From the NCBI GenBank assembly GCA_965218825.1, contig OZ244656.1, positions 964,915 through 1,028,914 of the forward strand: DNA of 64,000 nucleotides, in the 5' to 3' direction. Below the pieces are notes generated by a model, which saw only the letters and a program-made list of their open reading frames with translations, had not been told where the DNA came from and ran no database searches. The DNA is from Vicinamibacterales bacterium. GTDB lineage: Bacteria > Acidobacteriota > Vicinamibacteria > Vicinamibacterales > UBA8438. Below, piece after piece: positions 10,915 through 20,844 of this stretch. Made by a program: the position numbers and the translations under genes. Within the stretch, counting starts at the first letter, position 1. Every line of letters starts with the position of its first letter.

Positions 10915-11013
10915 GACTTAGCCCGTTGCGCGAGAATCCCGCCGGAACAGCCCCAAAGCTGGAAAACAACGCCGAACTTGCCGTACCCTCTGGGTGATTC
11001 AGGAAACCCGACT

Positions 11014-13171
11014 ATGAGTTCGAATCGAATCGAGCTGCACCTCGTCACAAGCTCGGACGCGTGCGGCAGCCAGACGCCAAGCCTCAACCGCTTCGGCGCG
11101 GATCCTCGCCAGGGACGGGTATGGTGTGACTGGCCGCACCGTACGGTGGTCCTCACCTGCGATGGCACCATCGTGTGCGGCTGCGGCGACGCCTTCAACG
11201 AGAACCCGATGGGCGATGCCCGGAACGAGAGCGTGCTGGACATCTGGCGCGGAGAGGGATTCCAGCGAATGCGGCGCGGCATGCAGAACGGCCATCCGGT
11301 TCCCTTCTGCAAGCGCTGTGGGCTCATGGAGGTCCATCCGTCCGATTTCGAAATCCCAGACCTGCCGATCGTGCCGGATACCTACCCTCGAGAGCTCTAC
11401 GTCGAACCGACCATCGTCTGTAATCTCCGATGCCCCCAGCCGGCCTGCGTACCTGACGAGGTCTACGACACGCGCTCGATCCGGATGCTGCCGTTCGACA
11501 CGTACACGAAAGTGCTCGACGAAGTCGGCCCCCATCTCGAGCGCATGGTCTTCTACAACTACGGTGAGAGCTTCATCCACCCCGAGGCGTGCCGAATGAT
11601 CCGGTACGCGAAGGATGTGAACCCGCAGATCTGGATCTGGACCTCAACGAACGGTCACTACTTCGACACACCCGAGAAGGTCAGGGCGCTGGTTGCGTCG
11701 GGCATCGACGAGATTCAATTCAGCATCGACGGGGCGACCCAGGAAGTCTACGAGCAATACCGCAAGCACGGTCGCCTCGCCAAGGTGCTGGACGGAATCC
11801 GGTCTGTTGTCGAGGAGCGTGAGCGGCGCGGAACGCCCGGCCCCTGGATCGTGTGGAACTACATCCTGTTTCGATGGAACGACTCCGACGAACAGATGGA
11901 GCGGGCTCGTGAGCTCGCGATGGAGCTGGGCGTCGACCGCCTCACATGGACGACGACCGACCAGCCGCTCGGCATGCCCTCGACCCGCTTCGTACCAGGC
12001 TCCTCTGACTACGAGCGGATTAGACCAGGGCTGGTCGGCGGTGGGCGGGATATTCCCAACGCCATCCAGTGGCGGGCCAGCATCGAAGCGATCGACCTCC
12101 CGTCGCATGTCCCTTGCGGCAACGCGTTTACGGCTCGCCTGCGCATCCGCAACGACGGCGACGTGCGATGGCCTTCGGCGTCGGAGCACACTACTCGACC
12201 GGTCCGCGTGTACGGCCGACTGAAGCCGGAGCACGGTGTTTCCTTCGGCCGACAATCCGTAGTCGGCACTCTGCCGCGGGCAGTGCCCCCCGGCGAGACT
12301 GTCGAAGTCGAGCTGCACGGGTTTGCCGGAGAGAAACCTGGACACTGCCGCCTCAAGCTGGATCTCCGCCTCGGTGAGCGGTGGTGGTTCGAAGAGCTTG
12401 GCAGCGAACCGCTGATCCAAGATCTCGAAATCGCGGACGCCATGAGCCGTCCTCCGCTTTTGGAGATGGTTTCAAGCCCCTCGACCGTCCGTGCCGGTGA
12501 CGAGTTCCAAGTCGTCGTGCGAGCTCACGGGCATCTCGACCGTCCGCTCGATGGGTCGCCGACCGCGACGCATCGCGCCGGGGTGGGCTTCCGCTGGGTC
12601 TCCAGCGAGGACCACGCGCGCTCGGCGGAGGGACGGCGCTGCCACTTCGAGCCGGCGCTGCGTCCCGGCGAGGTTCGGGAGCTGCGGCTGACCTTTTTGG
12701 CCCCATCGAAAACGGCCGGCCGCTGGATCGGACACCTGGATCTCGTGATGGTTCGAGCCGTTGCGTCTCGATCTGGAGGTCGAAGAAAACACCCAGCACG
12801 TCGCTGTGGACGTGCTCCAGGCCCCCACGGCATTGGCCCGCTCGACCGCGTTCGATCTGAAGCTCCGCGTCCGCAACGATACGGGCGAGCTGCTAGATGG
12901 GTCCACGTCGAACCAGGCTCCGGTCGGAGTCGGTATTCGGTGGACCGCCGGGGAGCCCGGGCACGTGGCACGGGATTCCGATCGCCTCTACTTCAACCCG
13001 CCACTACAGCCCGGGGAAACTCGGGATGTTCTTCTGCGCGTGCCCGCAGGGGCACTCTCGGCGGGCACGTTCGTGGCACGGGTCGACCTGGTAAAGAAGC
13101 ACCATTTCTGGTTCGAGGAGAAGGGCGCACGGCCTTCAGAGTTCGAGCTCGTCGTCTCTGAACCATCCTGA
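11014..13171 (+). pseudogene. Radical SAM protein with N-terminal SPASM/twitch-like domain and three C-terminal Ig-like repeats; frameshifted near 12748
   Basis: N-terminal CDWP...CDG...CGCGD...DIWRG...CKRC; rSAM CNLRCPQPAC, YNYGES, STNG, SIDG. The C-terminal repeats continue in another frame (WFEPLRLDLEV..., ORF 12761-13171). The frameshift could be a sequencing error. Confidence 0.75.
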
Positions 13172-13207
13172 ACGGGACGAGAGTCCCCGACGACACGCAG
13201 CCTATCC

Positions 13208-15130
13208 ATGCTCGCTACCAACCACCCAGCGCAGAGGACCGTCGGTGGCATCAACCCGGAACGGCTGGCGGCGCTTCTGGTGTTCGTGGTCGGCGCGTAC
13301 GCTGCGCTCTCGGTGGACGTCGTCAGGACGGGGTTCGGCATCAAGAGCGACGAAGCGACCTATGTCGCCATGGCCCTGAGCGTGGCGCACGATGGCGATC
13401 TCGCGTTCGAGGCGGAAGATCTCGAACGCTTCTATCAGACCTACCACATCGGTCCCGAGGGGATTTTCCTGAAGCGGGGCGCTGCTGCCACCTATCGCCT
13501 CGACGAGACGTTCCCGTTCGTTCGTCGCGATACGCGGCTCGACAACAGAAACGACCGCCTGTATTTCGGGAAGTCCTTCATCGCGTCGGTCGCTGCGGCC
13601 CCATTCGTCCGCCTAGCCGGGCTCAACGGGTTCCTGCTGTTCCATGTGATGCTCCTGGCCGGGATGATCTGGCTCGGGTACCGCTTCCTCGCCGCCCAGT
13701 CTCCGGGTGGGCTTGCCGCCGGGTATGCGGTCGCGTTCTTTGCCGCGTCGATCGTGCCGCTGTACTCCGTCTTTCTCACATCGGAAATGTTCCTCGTCAC
13801 GTGTGTCTTCGTTGCGTACTTTCTGTGGTTCTACAAGGAGGTTGCATCGCCGCCGGACGAGCGTCGGAGTGGCTTTCTGTTTGGCGTATGGTCCGACATC
13901 GTAGCGTCCGCCTTGCTCGGGCTCGCGGTCTTCGCGAAACCGCTTCCGGCTGCGTTCCTGCTCATTCCTCCAGTGGTGTGGGCGCTCACGCAACGGCAGC
14001 TGTGGTCCAGCATCTGGATCGGCGCCATCGCCGTCGTGGTGGCGGCGGCCGGATTCGCGGTGAACGCCGGCATCAGCGGCGAGTTCAACTACCAGGGCGG
14101 CTTGGACCGCCGGACGTACTACGCCGGGATGACGAACGGGTTCCCGTTTGCGCCGCCCAACGTGCCGCTCGACCAGAAGGGGGCAGACCGTGCAACCAAC
14201 GAGGTGGTGGTCGAGGAGCGACTGAGCCCGACCGGATTCGTGAGGCTCCTCGGTATCAACATGCGGTACTTCCTGGTCGGACGCCACTTCGGCTTCGTCC
14301 CATTTTTCTTTCCCGGGGTCGTCACGGTCGGTCTGTTTTTGTGGAATCGACGATCGCGTCGAGCCTGGCAGTGGGCGATCTTCGGAACGGCGATACTGAG
14401 CGCGGTCGGCCTGGCGATCTATATGCCCTACACCTGGTCGGGTGGGGGTGGACCGCCCGGTAATCGGTATTTCCTCAGCGTCTATGCAGCGATGTTCTTT
14501 CTCACCCCGTCACTGGCTTCGTTGGCCGCGCCGGTAATCGCCGCGCTCGGCGGGTCGCTCTTCGTGGCTCACATCCTCATCAATCCGTTCGTCGCTGCCA
14601 AACGGCCGTATCTCAACGTCGAGCGCGGCTTGCTGCGCGTGCTCCCCGTCGAGTTGACGATGGTCAACGACCTGCCGATCATGAACGACGCACCGAGGGC
14701 GCGCGTACAATACGGTCGAAACCCCCAGCTGCTGCTCTACTACCTGGATCACAATGCGTATCTGCCGGAATCGCCCGGCATTTGGGTCGCAGCTGGCCGC
14801 CGGGCTGACGTCATCGTGAGAACCGACCATCGACGCTTCGAGGAGGTAGAGGTAACCTTGCTGTCCCGCGTTGACAACAAGGTCACCGTGGAGCTTGGCG
14901 GTGATCGTCGCGAGGTCGACGTCAAAGCCAACACCCGGACCTCCGTGACACTGGTCCCTCGAGGCGTCTATTCGCGACGGAGCTGGGCGTACCTGCTGTC
15001 GGTGACCGCCCGTGAGGGCTTCATCCCGCGCCTCGTCGAGCCGGGATCGCGTGACGGGCGATATCTGGGTGTCGCCGTGACGCTCGACGCCAGACGCGCT
15101 CCGGCCTCGACCCAGCAGTCGGCTCGCTGA
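13208..15130 (+). CDS. Polytopic membrane protein, probable GT-C-fold glycosyltransferase
   Basis: First TM followed by the acidic motif KSDEATY, many hydrophobic segments, GNRYFL late loop, soluble C-terminal domain. Confidence 0.6.
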   Translation: MLATNHPAQRTVGGINPERLAALLVFVVGAYAALSVDVVRTGFGIKSDEATYVAMALSVAHDGDLAFEAEDLERFYQTYHIGPEGIFLKRGAAATYRLDETFPFVRRDTRLDNRNDRLYFGKSFIASVAAAPFVRLAGLNGFLLFHVMLLAGMIWLGYRFLAAQSPGGLAAGYAVAFFAASIVPLYSVFLTSEMFLVTCVFVAYFLWFYKEVASPPDERRSGFLFGVWSDIVASALLGLAVFAKPLPAAFLLIPPVVWALTQRQLWSSIWIGAIAVVVAAAGFAVNAGISGEFNYQGGLDRRTYYAGMTNGFPFAPPNVPLDQKGADRATNEVVVEERLSPTGFVRLLGINMRYFLVGRHFGFVPFFFPGVVTVGLFLWNRRSRRAWQWAIFGTAILSAVGLAIYMPYTWSGGGGPPGNRYFLSVYAAMFFLTPSLASLAAPVIAALGGSLFVAHILINPFVAAKRPYLNVERGLLRVLPVELTMVNDLPIMNDAPRARVQYGRNPQLLLYYLDHNAYLPESPGIWVAAGRRADVIVRTDHRRFEEVEVTLLSRVDNKVTVELGGDRREVDVKANTRTSVTLVPRGVYSRRSWAYLLSVTAREGFIPRLVEPGSRDGRYLGVAVTLDARRAPASTQQSAR

Positions 15131-15143
15131 TGCCGCTCCTGGT

Positions 15144-15334
15144 CTACCCCCACTTCTTTCTCAGCTCATCGAGCCCGGCGCGAGCGAGGTCGTCGGGCGA
15201 CATGACGGGATGAAACTCCACGTTTGCGGCAAAGGCCAGGAACAGCGGCTCAGCGATCGAGGGGATCTGTGACGGATCGGCCAGATCCACGATCATGGTT
15301 CCGCCACGTTTTCCGCGGCGCGCCGAGAAGTACA
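15144..15334 (-). pseudogene. 3' remnant of a small hypothetical protein, cut by IS1380
   Basis: VYFSARRGKRGGTMIVDLADPSQIPSIAEPLFLAFAANVEFHPVMSPDDL reads as a natural C-terminus; its 5' part is replaced by the IS. Confidence 0.55.
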
Positions 15335-16999
15335 CCCGGATTTCCGATTTCGCTGTGGTACCGTACCGCCAGGACCAGTCGCCGCGCCTTGATTTCTGGG
15401 GCTCCGACGTAAGGAACCTCACGACGGAGGGTGACACCCGGTGGGTGAATTACAACACAAGCCATTTCAGTTCGCGTTCAACGGCTTCTTGAAAGTCGCG
15501 TTTCAGGGATCGCGCGTCACCTCCGACGCCGGCCTCATTCTAGTGCGCGAGTTGGATGAACGCCTGGGGCTGGAGACACTCATCTCCGAGCACCTGAGCG
15601 ATTCCCGACAGGGGTTGAACACCCAGTTCAGTCTGGCGGATCTCCTGCGGCAATCGGTCTACAGCCGGCTCGCGGGCTACGAAGACCTCAGCGACGCAGT
15701 GCGCGTGTCGACGGACCCGACATTCCGTCTCATCGGGTCGCCGAAGCGCTGGGACCGGGGTGCGGCGCTGACATCGACCCTGCATTGGTTCGAGACCGAC
15801 CTGCTGACCCAGGAGGAGAATCTCATTGGGCTGATGGCCGTGAACCGGGAGGTGCTCGCACAGGCCGAGAGACCGACGCGCGCCGACCGGATCGTGCTCG
15901 ACATGGATTCGAGCGAGAGCCCGGTGCATGGGGCGCAGGAAGGGAGTGCGTATAACGGGCACTTTGAGTCCGTCTGCTACCACCCGCTGTTTCTGTTCAG
16001 TGAGCACGGCGACTGCGTCGCCGCCACGCTGCGGCCCGGCAACGTGCAGAGCGCCGACGGCTGGGACGACCTGCTCGTGCCGGAGGTTGAACGGCAGCAG
16101 GCGGAGGGCACGCGCGTGGCGTTCCGCGCGGACGCGGCGTTCGCCAAGCCGGAGATCGACGAGACGCTCGAGAGACGCGACGTGGACTATGCCATCCGCA
16201 TGCCGGCGAACAAGAGCTTGGAGCTGGAAATCGAAAACATCCTCTTTCGTCCGCCCGGACGGCCGAGCCGCAAGCCCTTGGTGCGCTACAAGAGTTTCCG
16301 CTATCAGGCGAAGCGCTGGACTACGCCCAGACGGGTGGTCGCCAAGGTGGAGCACCACCGGGGTGAGCTGTTCCCTCGCGTCGGCTTCATCGTGACCAAC
16401 ATGACCCTCCCGAGTCGCTCGGTCGTCCGGTTCTACAACAAGCGCGGCACGGCGGAGCCATGGATCAAGGAAGGCAAGCAGGCAACGCACTGGACGCGGC
16501 TGTCGTGCCATCGGTTCCGGGCGAACGAAGTGCGCCTGCACCTGAGCGTCCTGGCCTACAACCTGGGCAACTTGTGGCGCAGACTGGTCCTGCCGCCGCG
16601 GATCAAGCGCTGGTCGCTCACGAGTCTGCAGCAGCGACTGGTGAAAACCGGGGGCCGGCTAGTGAAGCATGCGCGGTACTACTGGCTCCTGTTGGCAGAA
16701 GGGCATCTGACGCGGCGGCTGTTCGGCGACATGCTACGGAGGATCTGGGCGCTGCCAGTGCCGGGAGGCTGACGCGCGGCGAGTGCTACGAAGCCCGCCT
16801 GGCGAAGAAAGGCCACAAGTGTGGAGCGGTGTCTGAGGAATGCCCTGAAAGTAGGGGGCTCCAGTCGGTTGCACGTCAGCGGGGGCTGAGGTGACGGCCT
16901 CCGGAGCTGGACGATTGTGCGACGAAGAAAGTTTCGTGGGATCGGCGGCTCTCGGGTGTATAAAGGTGCCATCCGGGGCAGGCAAAATGGAAATCCCGG
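15335..16999 (+). mobile_element. IS1380-family insertion sequence, copy 1
   Basis: IRs CCCGGATTTCC / CCGGGATTTCC; ends match the copy at 41203-44260; no target duplication. Confidence 0.88.
15441..16772 (+). CDS. IS1380-family transposase
   Basis: TSDAGL, LAGYED, LDMDSS, FRADAAF, FYNKRGTAE.WIKEGK. Confidence 0.92.
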   Translation: MGELQHKPFQFAFNGFLKVAFQGSRVTSDAGLILVRELDERLGLETLISEHLSDSRQGLNTQFSLADLLRQSVYSRLAGYEDLSDAVRVSTDPTFRLIGSPKRWDRGAALTSTLHWFETDLLTQEENLIGLMAVNREVLAQAERPTRADRIVLDMDSSESPVHGAQEGSAYNGHFESVCYHPLFLFSEHGDCVAATLRPGNVQSADGWDDLLVPEVERQQAEGTRVAFRADAAFAKPEIDETLERRDVDYAIRMPANKSLELEIENILFRPPGRPSRKPLVRYKSFRYQAKRWTTPRRVVAKVEHHRGELFPRVGFIVTNMTLPSRSVVRFYNKRGTAEPWIKEGKQATHWTRLSCHRFRANEVRLHLSVLAYNLGNLWRRLVLPPRIKRWSLTSLQQRLVKTGGRLVKHARYYWLLLAEGHLTRRLFGDMLRRIWALPVPGG

Positions 17000-17305
17000 C
17001 TGAGATGTCGCGGCGCGCCCCGCCCATGAATGGCGGCGTTGAACATGCGGCAGAGGCTGGGTGCATCGACCGGTCCGCGATGCACACCGAATCCCACGAG
17101 GCGCCGCGTGAACTGGTCCATGACCACGAGCACCCAGTAGCTCTGGAGCACGATGGACGCACAGCGCAAGAGGTCCACGCTCCACAGACTGTCTGTCGTG
17201 TGTCCGACGAACGACAACCACGAGGGCCCGGTTCCGCCCGGGGCTGGACGAGAGCGTTTCGCCAGCACGCGGTGCACGACGTTCTTGTCGATGTCGACTC
17301 GCCGA
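17000..17305 (-). pseudogene. Integrase-core (rve) transposase fragment
   Basis: GPSWLSFVGH...LWSVDLLRC...WVLVVMDQFTRRLVGFGV; truncated at both ends. Confidence 0.65.
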
Positions 17306-17559
17306 CGCGGCCACCTTCGCGGGGCCAAGGGTCGTCGACGAAGGGGCAGAGCGCGAGGATGCGACGTAGAAGGTACTTATCTGAATCCTGCATCCACTGC
17401 TCTGTCCGCTCAAGGATGGAATCGACCAGAGCGAACGCGGTGGTCGCGGGCAAGACGACACCAGCCATCAACAGGCGCTCGGTGGCGTCGAGACTGGTGT
17501 ATTGATCCCATTGGCTGGGCATGGCTATGACGTCCATCTTCGGCCAATAAGCCGGGTTA

Positions 17560-17633
17560 GGGTGCTTCCGCCATCAACTGTTGTTACCCCGCCCTTATCT
17601 CGTTCTAACCAAACCGCTTAGACTAGATATTCA
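17560..17633. repeat. 74-bp dispersed repeat, copy 1 (probable mobile-element end)
   Basis: GGGTGCTTCCGCCATCAACTG...GCTTAGACTAGATATTCA, differing at 2 positions from 61008-61081. Confidence 0.85.
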
Positions 17634-17737
17634 CCGGCGACCTGGTAGCGGGCGAACGGGTGGTCGTCCGGGGTGCGCCCCTGATTCGCCTGGCCGCTCT
17701 GTCGCCTCAGGTTCCGGCGCACGGGCACACCCACTAA
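17633..17737 (+). pseudogene. 3' tip of an RND membrane-fusion protein gene (CzcB/CusB type)
   Basis: TGDLVAGERVVVRGAPLIRLAALSPQVPAHGHTH* lies immediately before the RND permease and is cut off by the 74-bp repeat. Confidence 0.7.
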
Positions 17738-17746
17738 GGAGCGATC

Positions 17747-20700
17747 ATGCTCGACCTGCTCATACGGTGGTCGCTCGGAAACCGGCTGGTCGTTATCGCG
17801 CTGGCCGGGGCCTTCCTTTTCGTCGGCGGGTACACAGCGTCGCGGGTACCGGTCGATGTCCTGCCCGACCTCACCGCGCCGACCGTGACCGTGCTGGTGG
17901 AGGGCCACGGGATGACGCCGACCGACATGGAGGCGCTGGTTACGTTTCCGATCGAGGCAGCCTTGAACGGCGCATCCGGCGTTCGGCGCGTGCGCTCGGC
18001 GACGGCGGTTGGCCTCGCCGTCGTCTGGGTTGATTTCGACTGGGGCGAGGACATCTATCGCGCGCGGCAGACGGTGACTGAGAAACTCACAGTCGTGGCA
18101 ACGACACTACCGTCCGAGGTTGATACGCCGGTGCTCGCGCCACTGTCGTCAATCATGGGCGAGATCATGTTCGTCGCGCTTGAATCCGACACCCACACGC
18201 CGCTCGAGGTACGAACCATCGCCGAGATGACGGTCCGTCGTCGGCTCCTGGCCACGCCTGGTGTGTCCCAGGTCACGGTCATTGGCGGTGAGCGGCGGCA
18301 GTTCGAGGTGCTCGTGGATCCGGAGCGACTCGCCGACTACGGCGTGGCGTTGGCCGCAATCGAGGCCGGGCTTCGCGCTGAGAACCGCAACACGTCGGCC
18401 GGATTCCGGCTTGCGGGCGGGCAGGAGTACCTGATCCAAGGCATTGGGCGGTTCCGCGATCTGGATGCCCTCGGTGCCACCGTCGTCGGCTCTCGCGACA
18501 CCCAACCGATCCGCGTCCGCGACGTCGCCGAGTTGCGCATTGGCGAGTCGATGAAGCGGGGGGACGGCTCCCACAACGGCCGGCCAGCCGTCATCCTCGG
18601 CATCAGCCGGCAACCGAACGTCAACACGCTGGCGCTGACTCGTGATCTGGACGGTGTGATCGCTGAGATTCAAGCTGAGCTTCCCTCAGGCCTGCGCCTC
18701 GAGACACGACTCTTCCGACAGGCAGAGTTCATCGAGCTTGCGCTCGGCAACCTGACAGAGGCACTCCGCGACGGGACAATTCTCGTGGTCATCGTCACGT
18801 TGGTGTTCCTGGCAACCTGCGCGCGGGCGCCATCACGCTGCTGGCGATTCCGTTGTCGCTTCTCGCGGCGGTCGTCGGTCTTCGCCTCGCCGGCCTGTCG
18901 ATCAACAGCATGACCCTTGGCGGGATGGCCATCGCCGTGGGCTTGCTGGTTGATGACGCGATTGTCGATGTGGAGAACGTGACGCGTCGGCTCCGGGAAA
19001 ATGCCGTGCTGCCGCCGCCCCAGCGCAGACCCGCGCTCGAGGTCGTCTATGAGGCCAGCCGTGAAATCCGCAGCACGATTGCATTCACGACCGTCATCGT
19101 CGTGCTGGTGTTCCTGCCGCTGTTCTTCTTGGCCGGGGTGGAGGGCCGTCTGCTGCAACCGCTCGGCTTTGCGTATCTCATCTCGCTGATCGCGTCGACG
19201 GTGGTTGCACTCACGCTCACGCCCGCGTTGTGTTCGTATTTGCTTCCGCGCATGGCGACTATCGTCGAGGGTCGCGAACCCGCGCTGACACGGACGTTGA
19301 AACGTCGGTATCAGGCATTGCTGCCCAAGGCACTGGACCGCCCGCGGCTAGTCGCTGGCCTGGCGATGCTGATGCTCATCGGCGCACTCGCCTCAGTTCC
19401 GTTCATGGGGAGGTCGTTCTTGCCTGCCTTCAACGAAGGCTCCCTGGTGATCAGCGCGGTCACGCTGCCGGGCACGAGCCTGGCCGAATCGAACGTGCTC
19501 GGTAGCGCCATCGAGCGTCTTCTGCTCGAGGTTCCTGAAGTCACCGCAACGTCGCGTCGGACTGGACGGGCAGAGCTTGACGAACATGTGCAGGGGGTCG
19601 AGTCATCGGAGATTGATGTTCGCCTCGAACCCGGCGGCCGTCCTCGGCCGATCGTGCTGCAAGAGATCCGGGAGCGATTGTCGCTGGTGCCCGGCACGAA
19701 CATCACGATTGGCCAGCCAATCTCTCACCGCATCGACCACATGTTGTCTGGGTCGCGCGCAAACATCGCCGTCAAGATCTTCGGAGACGATCTGATCATG
19801 CTGCGGACGCTCGGTAGCCAGACTGTCCAAGCAGTTGGCGGGATTCCGGGGCTTGTCGACGTGGCGCTCGAGCCACAGGCCGACATCCCGACGGTCCGGG
19901 TTAGCTTCGATCGGGCCGGCCTGGCGCGGCACGGCTTGCCAGCCGGGCAAGCGGCGTTGGCGCTAGAGACCGCGCTGTTGGGGCGAGAGGTCGGCCAGAT
20001 CGTGGATGGTCAGATGATGTTCCCCTTGATCCTGCGGTACGCCCCAACAGACTTGTCCGACCTGGATGCGATCTGGCAAACCCGTATCGACATGCCCTCG
20101 GGCACTCGCGTACCCCTCGGCAGCCTTGCGAACATCGTGGAGGACCGCGGACCGAACTTTATTGGTCGCGAAAACGGCCAGCGGCGGATCGTGGTCACGG
20201 CCAACGTCTCAGGTCGCGATCTGGGCAACGTGGTCGCCGATGTTCGCACGCGGGTAGCCGAGAACGTTACGTTGCCCAGCGGTTACCGTGTCGAGTACGG
20301 CGGGCAGTTCGAGGCCGAGGCCTCCGCGTCGCGCCTGCTGGTGGCACTTGGGCTTGCCGCGATCGTTGGTATCCTGCTCGTCTTGGTCACTGCGCTGCGG
20401 TCGGTTCGCGATGCGACGATCGTCATGATCAACCTGCCCCTAGCACTGATCGGTGGTGTCGTTGGCGTCTTCCTCGGGGACGGCGTGTTGTCAATTGCCG
20501 CGCTCATCGGGTTCATTTCGCTCTTCGGCATCGCCACCCGCAACGGCATCATGTTGGTTTCTCACATTCGTCACCTGCGTGAGCACGAAGGTGTGACCGA
20601 CGTGCGAGAAGCCGTGATCCAGGGCTCAGTCAACCGGCTGGTTCCGATATTGATGACGGCGCTATCAACTGGACTAGCCCTGATGCCAGTTGCGTTTGGA

Positions 20701-20844
20701 TTTGGCGAGCCAGGTAGCGAGATTCAAGCTCCGCTCGCGATGGTGATCGTCTGCGGGCTGTTCTCGTCGACCGCGCTCAATATGTTCGTGGTGCCGGCTG
20801 TGTACGGCATGCAGCTTAGTCGCGAGCAAACACCCAGCGTATGA
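17747..20844 (+). pseudogene. CusA/CzcA-family heavy-metal RND permease, frameshifted at ~18814
   Basis: VPVDVLPDL, VDDAIVDVEN and RLVPILMTAL motifs are split over ORFs 17747-18913 and 18853-20844. Restoring one A (GCA AAC CTG) gives FLANLRAGAITLLAIPLS. Confidence 0.85.

Noticed and set aside
18811-18820. Programmed frameshift in the RND gene
   Set aside because: No slippery heptamer; a one-base loss (mutation or sequencing error) is simpler.
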